A DNA stretch of 64,000 bases, from contig NC_042998.1 in assembly GCF_006345805.1 (NCBI RefSeq), forward strand, positions 24,552,001 to 24,616,000, read 5' to 3'. A program made the position numbers and the translations under genes. The DNA is from Octopus sinensis (lineage: Eukaryota). Shown here one piece after another: positions 26,560-39,929 of the stretch. The notes beneath the pieces are model-generated. The model ran no database searches. It had not been told where the DNA came from and saw only the letters and a list, made by a program, of their open reading frames with translations. How positions within the stretch are numbered: position 1 is the stretch's first letter; each line of letters begins with the position of its first letter.

Positions 26560-26860
26560 CAACACCATCACCATCACCGCTACCACAATTTCCAGCACCA
26601 CCACCACTAGCAACAACAACAACAACAACATCACCGCCACTACCAACAACAACAACACCATCACCGCCACCGCCATTTCCACCAACACCACCACCAACAA
26701 CAACAACAACAACAGTAACACCACCACCACCACCGTTACCACCTCCTCTAGCACCAACTTCATCATTGTCATCAACATTGTCATCAATATTTTTCCTCGC
26801 AATTATCATTACAACGAAAATTATTATCATTAATACTTTATCAGTGTCATCATCACAAAC
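26420..26860. repeat. compound (CAT)/(CAC)/(CAA)n trinucleotide repeat
   Basis: Direct reading; similar tract at 25385-25620. Confidence 0.9.
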
Positions 26861-26989
26861 TACAATGGTATAAGCCAATGTGTGCAACTTGCTAGATATA
26901 ATAGTCAAATCTCCCTTGACTCACCCCACCTCACCACCACCCATCACCATCCCACATCCTCTATCTTAGAAATGTAAGGGTAAGTGTAA

Positions 26990-27703
26990 GGGTAAAGACC
27001 CCCTTCGGTCATGAATGACCATGGGATTGCACTTACAAAGTTCCTCTCCAAGGCACAAATGCGGGCAAGGTCATTTATGGAAGACCAGCAGTTCTCCATG
27101 CACATCAGCCTCCCCTTTTCACACCCTTGATGTTATCCAAAGAAAGGCAATGACCAATACAGCTTGGCACCAGTGATATTATTTACATTTGACGGATATT
27201 TGTCCTCATCTTGTTGTGTCTGGGGAGAGTCATTTTCTTTTTGTGCCTTATAATTTAACACACTCACTGGTAAAATTTCCACTTATTTCTTATTTTTATT
27301 TTCCTAAAATTTTCGTTGCATCTTGCAACTTTTTCAATAGTCTTGTTTGTTGTTAACACAATAATTCAGCTGATACACCCTCCAGCCTTCATCAGGTGTC
27401 TTGGGGAAATTTCGAACCTGGGTTCTCATTCGTAAGGTATTTTTCGATGTTACTATCATTATTATTATTATTATCATTATTATTATTATTATTCAGGTCA
27501 CTGCCTGGATTCGAACTTGGAATCTTGGGTGATATTGTAATTAACCGGGACATTGTAATTAATTTCTGTAATTAATTTAACTGGAGCAATGTGAAAATAA
27601 AGTGTCTTGCTTAAGAATACAACACTCAGCCTCGTCTGAGATTTGAACTCACTACCTCATGATTGTGACCATGACGCTCTAACCACTGAGCCATGTGCCT
27701 TCA
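26990..27703 (-). mobile_element. tRNA-derived SINE interrupted by nested hammerhead-bearing element
   Basis: Head GGCACATGGCTCAGTGGTTAGAGCG..GAGTTCAAATC at 27703-27580; probable tail at 26990-27175; insert 27180-27530 homologous to 38940-39215. Confidence 0.6.
27356..27399 (-). ncRNA. minimal hammerhead ribozyme, degenerate
   Basis: acac-CTGATGA-a-ggctg-..-cagct-GAAT-ta-TT-gtgt; sister copy at ~39187-39212 reads cagcc-GACA-cg-TT-gtgt, giving a GAAACGTT consensus. Confidence 0.55.
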
Positions 27704-27832
27704 CAAATTACATTCTTCGAATTTTGTGGTTCTGGGCCTACTGTACATAGGAAATAGATGAAATGGTCATGGTTGGAATTCCTTCGCTTCTACATCTGTT
27801 CAGTCAGTGTTGATTTGGAGCTAAACAGCAAT

Positions 27833-28216
27833 TGGAAGCACTCCGTCGGTTACGACGACGAGGGTTCCGGTTGATCCGAATCAATGGAACAGCCTGCTCG
27901 TGAAATTAACGTGTAAGTGGCTGAGCACTCCACAGACACGTGTACCCTTAACATAGTTCTCGGGGATATTCAGCGTGACACAGAGAGTGACAAGGCCGGC
28001 CCTTTGAAATAGAGGTACAGCAGAAAGAGGAAGTAAGAGTGAGAGAAAGTTGTGGTGAAAGAGTACAGCAGGGATCACCACCATCCCCTGCCAGAGCCTT
28101 GTGGAGCTTTAGGTGTTTTCGCTCAATAAACACTCACAACGCCCGGTCTAGGAATCGAAACCACGATCCTATGACCGCGAGTCCGCTGCCCTAACCACTG
28201 GGCCATTGCACCTCCA
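27833..28216 (-). mobile_element. tRNA-derived SINE family D
   Basis: Minus head GGAGGTGCAATGGCCCAGTGGTTAGGGCAGCGGACTCGCGGTC..GGTTTCGATTCC; CpG-rich, so probably young. Confidence 0.8.
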
Positions 28217-28892
28217 TAAACAGCAATAACAACAAGACAACCAACATTTGGTTTCTCATTTAAGGAAACTGTATCCATGATAGAAGATTTCAACTCGTAT
28301 AAAAGTGCATATTCTGCAATTGTTTATTTGAATATCTTTCTTCATAGTAATTGGGCTGCCGAGATTTCTTGACTGTCTCCTGAAAGTATTGACTTTCCTC
28401 GTTATGTCAGACGTGACTGGCATTTAAGGAAGTTGTCTATTGCTTATTTGTAACTGTATTTTGTTGTTAATAGCGATAACAGTGTTGTGTCACTGCCATC
28501 TCAATAAAAGTACAATATTTATTTCCTGTCTGTCAAATCACTCTTGGATACTGACAGAATATGAATGATAAGGCATTTTTTCCTTTCCTGTTAGCTGACA
28601 AAGATGACTACGCTGTTCTTTCTTTCTTACCAAGGAGCACTGCTTTTCATGAGATGAAATGTTATTATGTAACTCACTTCCATGTCTTTCTGTAGAGTGT
28701 ATGCGGAACTTAAATGATAAAATCGGTAAGCGATAGCACTGTTTGGTCAAAGATTGTCAGTTCAATCTGTTGCACGGACTTCTTTGTATTTCTCAATAAA
28801 GCATTTCATTTTTTTTACATTGTCTAAATTCAAATGGATGTTGGAAGTATGGATTAGACCACCTAGAAATACTGCCTTGTGAGACAGTTTCT

Positions 28893-29550
28893 TATTTCTT
28901 TACTGCCCACAAGGGGCTAAACACAGAGGGGACAAACAAGGACAGACAAACAGATTAAGTCAATTACATCGACCCCAGTGTGTAACTGGTACTTATTTAA
29001 TTGATGAAAGGCAAAGTCGACCTTGGCGGAATTTGAACTCAAAACATAGCAGCAGACAAAATACTGCTGAGCATTTCACCTGGCGTGCTAACGTTTGCTA
29101 CTTTTTTTATTGCCCACAAGGGGTTAAACATAGAGAGAATAAACAAGGACAGACAAATGGATTAAGTCGATTACATCGACCCCAGTGCATAACTGGTATT
29201 TATTTAATTGGCCCTGAAAGGATGAAAGGCAAAGTCGACCTCAGCAGAATTTGAACTCAGAATGTAGCGGCAGACGAAATACTGCTAAGCATTTCATCCG
29301 GCATGCGAACGTTTCTTAATTTTTTTATTGCCCACCAGGGGCTAAACATAGAGGGGACAAACAAGGACAGACAAACGGAATAAGTCAATTATATCGACCC
29401 TAGTGCGTAACTGGTATTTATTTAATTGATCCCAAGAGGATGAAAGGAAAAGTCGACCTCAGCAGAATTTGAACTCAGAACGTAGCGGCAGACGAAATAC
29501 TGCTAAGCATTTCGTCTGGCATGCTAAAGTTTCTGCCAGCTCGCTGCCTT
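28893..29550 (-). mobile_element. SINE family A trimer
   Basis: Three units inside one TSD TGAGACAGTTTCT (28880-28892, 29552-29564). Confidence 0.9.
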
Positions 29551-29873
29551 ATGAGACAGTTTCTATCCTGTTACATAATCTGCAAGAAGTAGCAAATAAA
29601 TCTCTCTTGCATCATGTCTTCTGTCTTAATGTTTTTCACATTTAAACCAGCCATATCTAATCCAAATGTTTTACTTGTTTTATGACCAATACCAGCTGGA
29701 TCTGGCCTCTCACACCTACCCTACAATGTCATTCTAATAATCAACAATCAGATATATTGAAGCTATGAGACAATGCAGGATTAATTTAAAACAATGTGAA
29801 TAAAATAAGCATTTAATTCAAGAGAGTAACCTGAATGCTAAAGGGTTAACGAATAGGTATGCATGTAGACAAA

Positions 29874-30443
29874 TATTGGGTTGTCCGGAAAGTTCATGCC
29901 AATTTTTAAAGGAAAGAAAAAAGTCGATAAATACTTGCCATTACATTTTTAATCAACCAAATATGAACCATTTTGTTGCACAATGCATCTCTATCTTTCC
30001 TTTAACTTGAAAATACCCTCTTCCCAGAACTGAGGTGGTTTCATGGCAAAGAATTCATCAAGGTATCTTTTTATGTCATCCAAGGAATTGAAATTTTTAC
30101 CATTAAGACTATTCTGCAGAGACCTGAATAAGTGGAAATCCGAAGGAGCAATATCTGGTGAATATGGAGGGTGGGGTTACACATCCCAGTCAAGCTGCAG
30201 CAATTTTTGTCTGGTTCCCAAAGCATCAAGTGCCGAAAATGAACTTTCTTATCTTCCATTTTAAAGGGTTACAGAATTAACACAGGTTATAGGAACATAA
30301 ACCTTCTTCCACAAAAAGATAGCTGAAAATGTGCTCTAAATGGAGTTGTAGTCAAATCCTATTTGATGGACTCAACCATGTTCTAAAATAAATTGAAAGA
30401 TAAGCTACTATAAATCGGCATGAACTTTCCGGACAGCTCAATA
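29874..30443 (-). mobile_element. non-autonomous mariner, copy 2
   Basis: TA-flanked TIRs TTGGGTTGTCCGGAAAGTTCATGCC; MEDKKVHFRHLMLWE; same deletion as 13518-14084. Confidence 0.95.
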
Positions 30444-31068
30444 TATAAGGGAATAGTTATTGTGTATGTATATCAGAATACGTATCTAAGTTGAAACAAT
30501 TTGTTGGCCTTTTACGTTTTTTTTTTTAATAATTGCTTATGTTATATAATATTATGTTATATTATATCCATAGTATATCGTGTAATCTTATAATCATCAT
30601 CCTCATCATCATTGTTTAACATCTGTTCTCCATGCTAGCATGGGTTGGACGGTTTGACCGGGGATCTGGGAAGCCAGAAGGCTGCACCAGGCTCCAGTCT
30701 TATCTGGCAATGTTTCTACAACTGGATGCCCTTCCTAACGGCAACCACTCCGTGAGTGTAGTGGGTGCTTTTTACGTGCTGGATTGTCAATAGTATCTCT
30801 CTATTTAACTTACTTTTATATTTCTGTAAAATCAATAATCCACAGTGCAGCTAATCAGAGTTTCAGATTTTATTGATGAAAGCTGAACCATTTTATCACA
30901 ATGTGAAACTCTGATTAGTTATCGAATGAATCATAAATTTTTTTACACAAATATAAATATATATATACTATGCCACACACATGATGACAAAGGCACAAAC
31001 TTTCTGGAAAACCCAATGCAATTTCTTTCAGTCATAGAATTTGCTTGCTGAGAGCAGATCTGAAGCTA

Positions 31069-31396
31069 AGCAACAATAAAAACAACAACAACAAAAATAT
31101 AAACAACAATAACAACAACAACGACGACGACGACAATAACAACAACAGCAGCAGCAGCATCAGCAACAACAACAACAACAATGACGACAACAACAACAAC
31201 AACAATAACAACAATAACAACGACAACAACAGCAGCAATAGCAACTGCAGTAACAAAAACAATAACAACAACAACAGCAACAGCAGCAAAAACAACAAAA
31301 CAACAACAACAACAACAGCAACTGCAGCAGCAGCAACAACAACAGCAGCAGCAGCAACAACAACAGCAGCAGCAGCAACAACAACAACAACAATGA

Positions 31397-31427
<31 letters not shown>

Positions 31428-31742
31428 TGCAGCAGCAACAACAACAACAGCAGCAGCAACAACAACAACAAAACAACAACAACAACAGCAGCAACAGCAA
31501 CAACAAAACAACAACAACAGCAGCAGCAACAACAACAACAACAACAACAACAACAAAACAACAACAACAACAATGACAACAACAACAGCAGCAACAGCAA
31601 CAACAAAACAACAACAACAGCAGCAGCAGCAACAACAAAAACAACAGAACAACAGCAATAAAAACAACAACAACAACAACAGCAACAACAGCAATAAAAA
31701 CAACAACAATAACAACAAGAACAACAACAATGACAACAACCT
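31069..31742. repeat. (CAA)/(CAG)n compound microsatellite
   Basis: Direct reading. Confidence 0.95.
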
Positions 31743-32160
31743 GCAATAGAGCAGCATACTATTTTTTTTTTGCAGAATTATATCTTTGCTGCTTAACACC
31801 TTCCAAAGCAAAGCTACTCAATGGAATTTAAGACTTCTCTGAGCTTAGAAGGCTAAATATCTCAGCAACACTTTGAGAATTAGTCACATCCATCTTAACT
31901 TGGATGTGTTGTTTTGGACACTGTAAGCTGCTGTAATCATCCTGAGAAATCATCTTTTATAAAAGTGTCTGAAAAAGTGCAGGTTACATCAACAGAGAAA
32001 ATTCCATCAGCACACACGTGCATGCATGCACAGGCATACACAAACACACATGATATGTGTATGCATATGTGTATACGTGTATGTAAATATGTGTGAGTGT
32101 GTGTGTATATATTTATATATATAGAGAGAGAGAGAGAGAAAGAAGGATTTATATATATAT

Positions 32161-32330
32161 AGGCGCAGGAGTGGCTGTATGGTAAGTAGCTTGCTTACCA
32201 ACCACATGGTCCATGGTTCAGTCCCACTGTGTGGCAACTTGGGCAAGTGTCTTCTTCTATAGCCTCGAACCGGCCAAAGCCTTGTGAGTGGATTTCGTAG
32301 ACGAAAACTGAAAGTAGCTCATCGTATATA

Positions 32331-32362
<32 letters not shown>

Positions 32363-32485
32363 AAACAACGCGAAAGCATTGTGACCAGCGATGTGTAACT
32401 ACATCTGATGGACTGGTCGGTCACGTGATCACGTGATATATATATATGTATATGTGCATATATATATGTGTATGTATATGTATAT

Positions 32486-32573
<88 letters not shown>

Positions 32574-32783
32574 TTGTGTGTGTGTTTGTCCCCCCAACAT
32601 CATTTGACAACCGATGCTGGTGTGTTTACATCCCCATAACTTAGCGGTTCAGTAAAAGGGACCGATAGAATAAGTACTAGGCTTACAAAGAATAAGTCCT
32701 GGGGGTTGATTTGTTTGACTAAAGATGGTGCTCCAGCATGGCCATATTGAAATGACTGGAACAAGTAAAAGAATAAAAGAATA
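32161..32783 (+). mobile_element. SINE family B with short insertion (32360-32437) in its internal (TA)n
   Basis: Full head and tail match family B. Confidence 0.85.
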
Positions 32784-32987
32784 ATGTGAGTGGAGAAATG
32801 AAAGAAAGAGGCACGCAGCACACTTGGAAGGAGTTACATATAATAGTATTTAATAACAGTTTGATTTAACTTCATGCAGCTTCAAGTTTCATAGGATCAT
32901 CACTCAGACTTAGCTCCTCAGGCCCAGATGACTGAATGCATACACACACATACATGTATGCATGTATACACACACACACACACATAC

Positions 32988-33044
<57 letters not shown>

Positions 33045-33096
33045 CATTAGGGAGTAAATCCAAACTTACAGGGAAAATTAGATTTAGGATTAAATC

Positions 33097-33134
<38 letters not shown>

Positions 33135-33399
33135 CACATGCACATGTACAGTAGGTTTCTTTTCAGCTTCTATGTACCAAATTCATTCATGAAATATTAG
33201 TCAGCCTGGGACTATAGAAGATGACACTAGCCCAAGGTACTAAATATTAGAAATGAATTCGAAGCCATTTATTTGTGAAGTGAATTTCTTCCCTACACAG
33301 CCATACTTCTACCGTTTACCATTAATTTGTTATTCTCTCTAACAAATAGTTACAGTTACTCTAATATTTTGCATAAACAGTAGCATTTAAAAAGTACGA

Positions 33400-33704
33400 T
33401 TCGAGCATGGTTGGTGCCAGTGCTGCCTGACTGGCTCCCATGCCAGTGGAATGTAAAAGACACCATTTCAAGCATGGTTGATGCCAGTGTCGCCTGACTG
33501 GCCCCCATGCCGGTGGCATGTAAAAAGCACCCACTACACTCTCAGAGTGGTTGGCATTAGGAAGGGTATCCAGCTGTAGAAACCTTGCCAGATCAGATTG
33601 GAGCCCGGTACGGCCACCTGGCTTGCCACTCCTCAGTCAAGCCATCCAACCCATGCCAGCAGGGAAAACAGATGTTAAAACCATGATGATGATAATGATG
33701 ATGA
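33400..33704 (+). mobile_element. SINE family C
   Basis: Two ~60-bp repeats plus body and (GAT)n tail. Confidence 0.8.
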
Positions 33705-35349
33705 CAAGGTTGTAAATATACAGGTGTATAAAGACAGGAAATGAAATAAGGCTTCATTGGTTTAAAATTTTTTGTACAAGGCCAGCTATTTCAGGGGATG
33801 GTGCAAGTCAATTATATCAGCTCCTGTGCTCAACTGGTACTTATTTTATCGACCTTGAAAGAATTAAAGGCAAAGTAGACCTCAGTGGAATTTGAATCAG
33901 AATGTACAGATAGATGAAATGCTGCACAATATTTTTCTCGGTGTGCTAACAATTCTGCCATTTTATCACATGACATCTATTAAGAATAACAACAATCCTT
34001 CCTACAATAGGCATAAACTTTGAAATTTTGGAGCAGGGAGCTACTTGACCTCAGTATATAACTGGTAGTTATTTCATGGATCCCAGAAGGATAAAAGGCA
34101 AAGTTGACCTTGGCGGAATATTAATTCAGAATGTAAAGACAAATGAAATACTGATAAGCATTTTGCCCAGCATGCTAACGATTCTGCCAGTTTGCTGCCT
34201 TCCATCTATTAAGAATACTAATGATAGAAACAAGATGAAACTAATTCCAGATAGAACCTACCAGGAGTTTCCATTTTTCTATGGAGATGGTCACTAATTT
34301 CCAATAGACTAAAAACTGATTTCTTCTGAACTAAGAATTCATAATTTGATTAAAGTTAATTGGTATTTTCTTTTGACAGATCTTTCGAAAGATTCTTTTT
34401 CATAGTATCTTAATTATGATTTTTTTTGCAACATTTTGAGAAATCAGAGAGAATGCCAGATTATTTCCTATAAACCAAATTAGAGAAGCTATTTAAAGAT
34501 GCCATAAACTCAACTCATAGCAAGTGAGTCACAAAGTACTAACTGGCCTGATATTAGATTTATAACAACATTTTCATCTAATTGTATTAAACCCTGATCA
34601 TTTATTTTACCTTCTTATTTTTTACCTTTTGCTATCATTGGCACTATAGTGTCACTGAAACACGGTTCTTTTGGTCTGGTACCACTATATTCCTGAAAAT
34701 AAATTCTGTTAATTCTTTCCTTGCTTTCCTTTAACTGCAGTTAATCTTTGTAGGATAAGAGAAACCATTCCCCTGGAATACGGAGATGGCATTATGGAAT
34801 GAGTTGAATCAATGACCTCAACCACAACAGATTTTTTTCTATGCATATGCAAATATTTATCGGTCATATGTTTCAGTCATTAGACTGCAGCCATGATGGG
34901 GCAATTTTTTAATAGCTTAGTTCTTAATCTTTTAATCGCTTTGCTGAGTTATGGAGACATAAACACACCAACATAAACACACCAACACCAGTTTTGAAGC
35001 AGTGGTGGAGGATACAAACAAAGGCACACATACATCAAACATACATAGATTTATATATATATATATATATATATATAAATATAATAAAATATTAGGGAAT
35101 AAATCCAAACTTACAGAGAAAATCAGATTTTTATCTCTAATTTATTATATATAAATATATATATATATATTATATATTATATTAATTATATATATTATTT
35201 GTTATTTATGTATTGGTTTATGTCTATCACAGTCAGAGTTGCATAATAGTGGTTTTATCTCTAATTCATATTTTATATTTTTATACTGTGAAATTTGATT
35301 TAATACTAAATTGAATTTTTCTCTGTAAGTTTGGAGTTATACTCCCTGA

Positions 35350-35381
<32 letters not shown>

Positions 35382-36174
35382 AATTTCAAACTTCCAGACC
35401 CACTTCTACTTAAGTTAATCTAGAAGGGATTGTCTTCCCCTATGATAGCTGGCCACCAGGAGTACACCACAGTATAATCCAAAAGTTGATAGATGGAAAT
35501 TATCTCCAACAGCTTATTTTATTAATTCCGTTGTAATGCCTTACCATTAAGAAAGATACTCTATTACTCGCTTCAGTTTGCCTAAATTAATGAAAACAGA
35601 AACAAATTCTGCTCATACTTCATGGTTGAATGGCTAACAGTTAACTAAGCAGCCAACTGTTGATAAAATATGCAAATATGTAACAGTTTTTATAGTTAGG
35701 GATTGTAAAAAATAAAGGGTCAGCTGACATGTTAAAGTGTTGGAGAAAATACCTTACAGTATTTAGGTGCAGCCCTTTACATTCTGAGTTCAGTTTCCGC
35801 CAAAGTGAACTTTGTCTTTCATCCTTCTGGGTCAATAAACCAATACTAGTCAAGTACTAGTGTCAATATAATTGACTATGCTTTCTTTCTAAATATGTGG
35901 CCTTGTACTAATGTTAGAAATACTAACCAAATCCCGTTAAAAAAATCCTAGCATTTTAAAATGAGGAAAAACATGTTGGACATTGTAGTCATGAGTTTAC
36001 AAACAGGTTGGTCATGATTGGAACGCCTTTATTCTTAGGTCACTTCAATCAGAGCTGGTCTGAGCCTAAACAACATTAACAACAATAACAAATTTATCAG
36101 TAATTAAACCATCCAATCTAGACTAAATGATATGTGTATGCATATGTGTATATGTGTATGTAAATGAATGTGTA

Positions 36175-36205
<31 letters not shown>

Positions 36206-36372
36206 TTGAATTTGAGGTGAAACATTTTACCTTCGCCCATATAATACAATAAATGAATTAATTGCATTGCAATTCTAAGCATTTATGTATTAGCCTTCTG
36301 GGTACTTTACTGGCAGTATATTGGATAAATGATATCCCATAGCGGGTTACACTCATAACCCCTATCTCACTT

Positions 36373-36420
<48 letters not shown>

Positions 36421-37225
36421 ACGTAAAAGAGAGAAGAGACAGAGAGAGATTAATATACATATGAATGAGTGGAGAAATGAAACAAAGAGGCACACAGCAT
36501 ACTTGGAAGGAGTTACATATAATAGTATTTAATAACAGTTTGATTTAACTTCATGCAGCTTCAAGTTTCATAGGCTTATCATTCAGACTTAGCTCCTCAG
36601 GCATAGGTGACTGAATGCATACACACATATTATTAAGGAAAATTACATCAAAGCCGATACATAACATAGAGTTAATTATGGAAGACCTGGATTATGCACC
36701 GATACTTATCAAAACAACAGTTCACTTGTTTATAAGTGTGTGCGTGTGTGTATGTGTATGTGTGTGCATGCGTGTGTGTGTGTATTGAGTTGAATATTCT
36801 AACCATTAGATTTGAAACAAATATAACTGACCTATTTACAAGTTAGTCACCATGGTTAGTCCAAACACACACACACACACACTATATATACTAGTATATC
36901 TGGTATGAACTACTAAGTTATGAGTTACTGATCTGTAAAACAGTCAATCGAACTGATGACATACCAGGACAAGTCAGGAGAATTAAAAATTCACAAAGCA
37001 TAAAAAAGAAAAGATAGAAAAAAATGGGTCTTTCATCTTCTGACTGTATTATTAAAAGTTGAATCCCTACAGAAAAGAGGTAAACAAATAATAGTGATGC
37101 TGAAATGGAATTGGATATCTCCTCTTAGAAAATATTCACATACATGCAATGAAGCATGAGGAATATTTGTACCAGTTGTCATTTCATATGTGTCAGCAAA
37201 ACATATATATATATATATATAATAC

Positions 37226-37277
<52 letters not shown>

Positions 37278-37376
37278 ATATATATATGTATGTATGTATA
37301 TATATATACATACATATATTATATACATACATAATACACTGATAGACAGATTGATAGATACAAATATATATGCATG

Positions 37377-37396
<20 letters not shown>

Positions 37397-37407
<11 letters not shown>

Positions 37408-37645
37408 ATTCGAGACAAAACCACTATTTTAAAAACCAAACAAGGAAAGACTTAATCAATACATAAAATTTTAATATAAATTATATTAAAATTTTATGTA
37501 TTGATTAAGTCTTTCCTTGTTTGGTTTTTAAAATAGTGGTTTTGTCTCGAATTATATTATATAATATTTTACTATAAAATTGGATTTAACCCTAAATCTG
37601 ATTTTTCCCTGTAATTTTGGATTCATTCCCTAATATTTATTATTA
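37397..37645. mobile_element. (TA)-embedded foldback insertion: perfect palindrome 37397-37563 plus family tail
   Basis: 83-bp arms with 1-nt spacer at 37480; tail TTTTTCCCTGTAA..TTGGA..CCCTAATAT also at 33047-33100, 35090-35350, 45325-45495. Confidence 0.8.
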
Positions 37646-37914
37646 TATATATATATATATATATCTATAGCTATATCTATCTATCTGTATATGTATGTGT
37701 ATATATATATATATATGTATATATGTGTATATACATGTATATACATATATATATATATGTGTGTGTATATACATATATATATGTGTGTATATACATGTGT
37801 ATATATCTAAGAAGAAATTAATGTTTTATTTGGTATTTCTTCGGCCTGTAAATACTTAATTTCTATTTAGTTCCTAAAACTAATATTGTACGATAATTTG
37901 TTTATTTCTCTCTT

Positions 37915-37950
<36 letters not shown>

Positions 37951-38134
37951 CTGTATCAATTGTTCGGCTACTATAACTCTATTATTATTGTCAAAAAAAA
38001 AAAAACGGCTGTGGCTGAATTGGATAAGGTGCCATTCCTTGAGCAAGGTACAAAAGATTTTCAGCTGCATCTGACACTTAAGAGAAATTATTCAGGTAAG
38101 AATTGTTTGCTGGTAAAAATAGAGACAGAGAGAA

Positions 38135-38237
<103 letters not shown>

Positions 38238-38369
38238 GAGTGTAGGACAGGGTTGGAGGGAGAATGAGTCGATTGGTTGTGGAAATTGTCAAGCAGTTTC
38301 ATATCACACATGACTGAAGAGATCAAATCACATAATGTACAAAAACAAAACAAACAAAAAAAAAACTAC

Positions 38370-38402
<33 letters not shown>

Positions 38403-39261
38403 AAACTAATTAAATTAGTGCAACCGAATTTGATGTTTGAAGCCTTTTGATGTTTATTCACATCAAATTATATACTTGTAGCTGCCTTCAGGCACATTAC
38501 TAGTGAGAAACTTGGAGTAAAATTGTAGCATTCAATTTCAAAACACACACACACACACACACATACAAGCACACACAAATACACATACACAGATGCACAT
38601 ATGCTCACATACACACGTACATAAATCATCATCATCGTTTAAATATACATAGTAATATTTTTATTTATATATTAAGGGCATTACTACACATAAATGCCTC
38701 ACGCTATGAGGGACTCTTAAAGTCAAAACATGGATTGGAATTTATTGAGAATAACACTGTAATAAACAAATTTTGAAGATGTGTAATTGCTCGTTTTTGT
38801 CTATGATGTCTTTATTATACTCTGTACTCTGTACTCTCCAGGCAGCGTGAAATCCAATAAAGCAAACTCAGTACTTCCCTATCAAGTGAAGTACCATGTG
38901 CAGTTCTATATTTAAGAGATGAGGAATTATGTACATTATTTACATTATTTACATTTGACGGATATTTGTCCTCCTTGTGCTGGTAGCATGTAAAAAGCAC
39001 GCACTATACTTTCAGAGTGGTTGGTGTTAGGAAGGGCATCCAGCTATAGAATCTCTGCCAGATCAAGATTGGAGCAGCCTGGTGCAGCCATCTGCTTCGC
39101 CAGTCTTCAGTCAAATCGTCCAACCCATGCCAGCATAGAAAGCGGACGTTAAACGATGACGATGATGATGATGATTGTTTGTTGTTAACACAACGTGTCG
39201 GCTGATATACCCTGATAATTCGCTGATAATTCGGTATTGATACAGAGAAGTGGGGTGTAGT

Positions 39262-39688
39262 CAGGGCCAGATTAAGACCCACCAAGGCCCTAAGCACTCA
39301 AAAGATTTTGATGCCCCCATAGAAGATTATGTAATTCAAAATATAAACAATAACAAACCATAAAATAAATCTTCATTTTTCAAAGTGAAACAAAACAGTA
39401 AAAGGGAAAATAATGTTTATATTTTGTATGCTTCCATTTTATTTATATTTGAAAAGTTTCCTCCTACTTTTTTGAATTGCAAAGTCTTTGATCAAATCCT
39501 CAAAATTAATTTTAGGTAACACATCTGCATCTATACTTAGTAGAGATAAAGGCATCTTGAATATTATTTTAGCAAGTTTAAAGTGATTTCTTTTGTGCTG
39601 TAAACCAGTTACCATTTCTGAGGTGCCCCTACCTTTCCTTGATACCCTAAGTATGTGCTTATTTTGCTTAATGGTTAATCTAGTACTG
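39262..39688 (-). mobile_element. non-autonomous hAT transposon
   Basis: 8-bp TSD GGTGTAGT (39254-39261, 39689-39696); TIRs CAGGGCCAGATTAA / TTAATCTAGTACTG; LSLLSIDADVLPKINFEDLIKDFAIQKSRR resembles the hAT dimerisation C-terminus. Confidence 0.92.
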
Positions 39689-39717
39689 GGTGTAGTAGTA
39701 GTAGTAGTAGTAGTAGT

Positions 39718-39791
<74 letters not shown>

Positions 39792-39929
39792 GTATTTTTA
39801 GGTACAAGTGAGAATGTATCTCATTTGTATTTGGAAGTTTCACCATCATCTATATTCATAAATCATGGAAGACTCCCAAAATAAACAATCCTCAACCAAA
39901 ATTACTTTTCTTTAACAATATATATATAT

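Noticed and set aside
28140-28216. tRNA gene
   Set aside because: tRNA-like head runs into a SINE body; no clean acceptor stem or terminator
31032-31811. Long poly-N/Q/T/L ORFs
   Set aside because: Open in several frames on both strands; artefact of (CAA)n repeat with no unique domain
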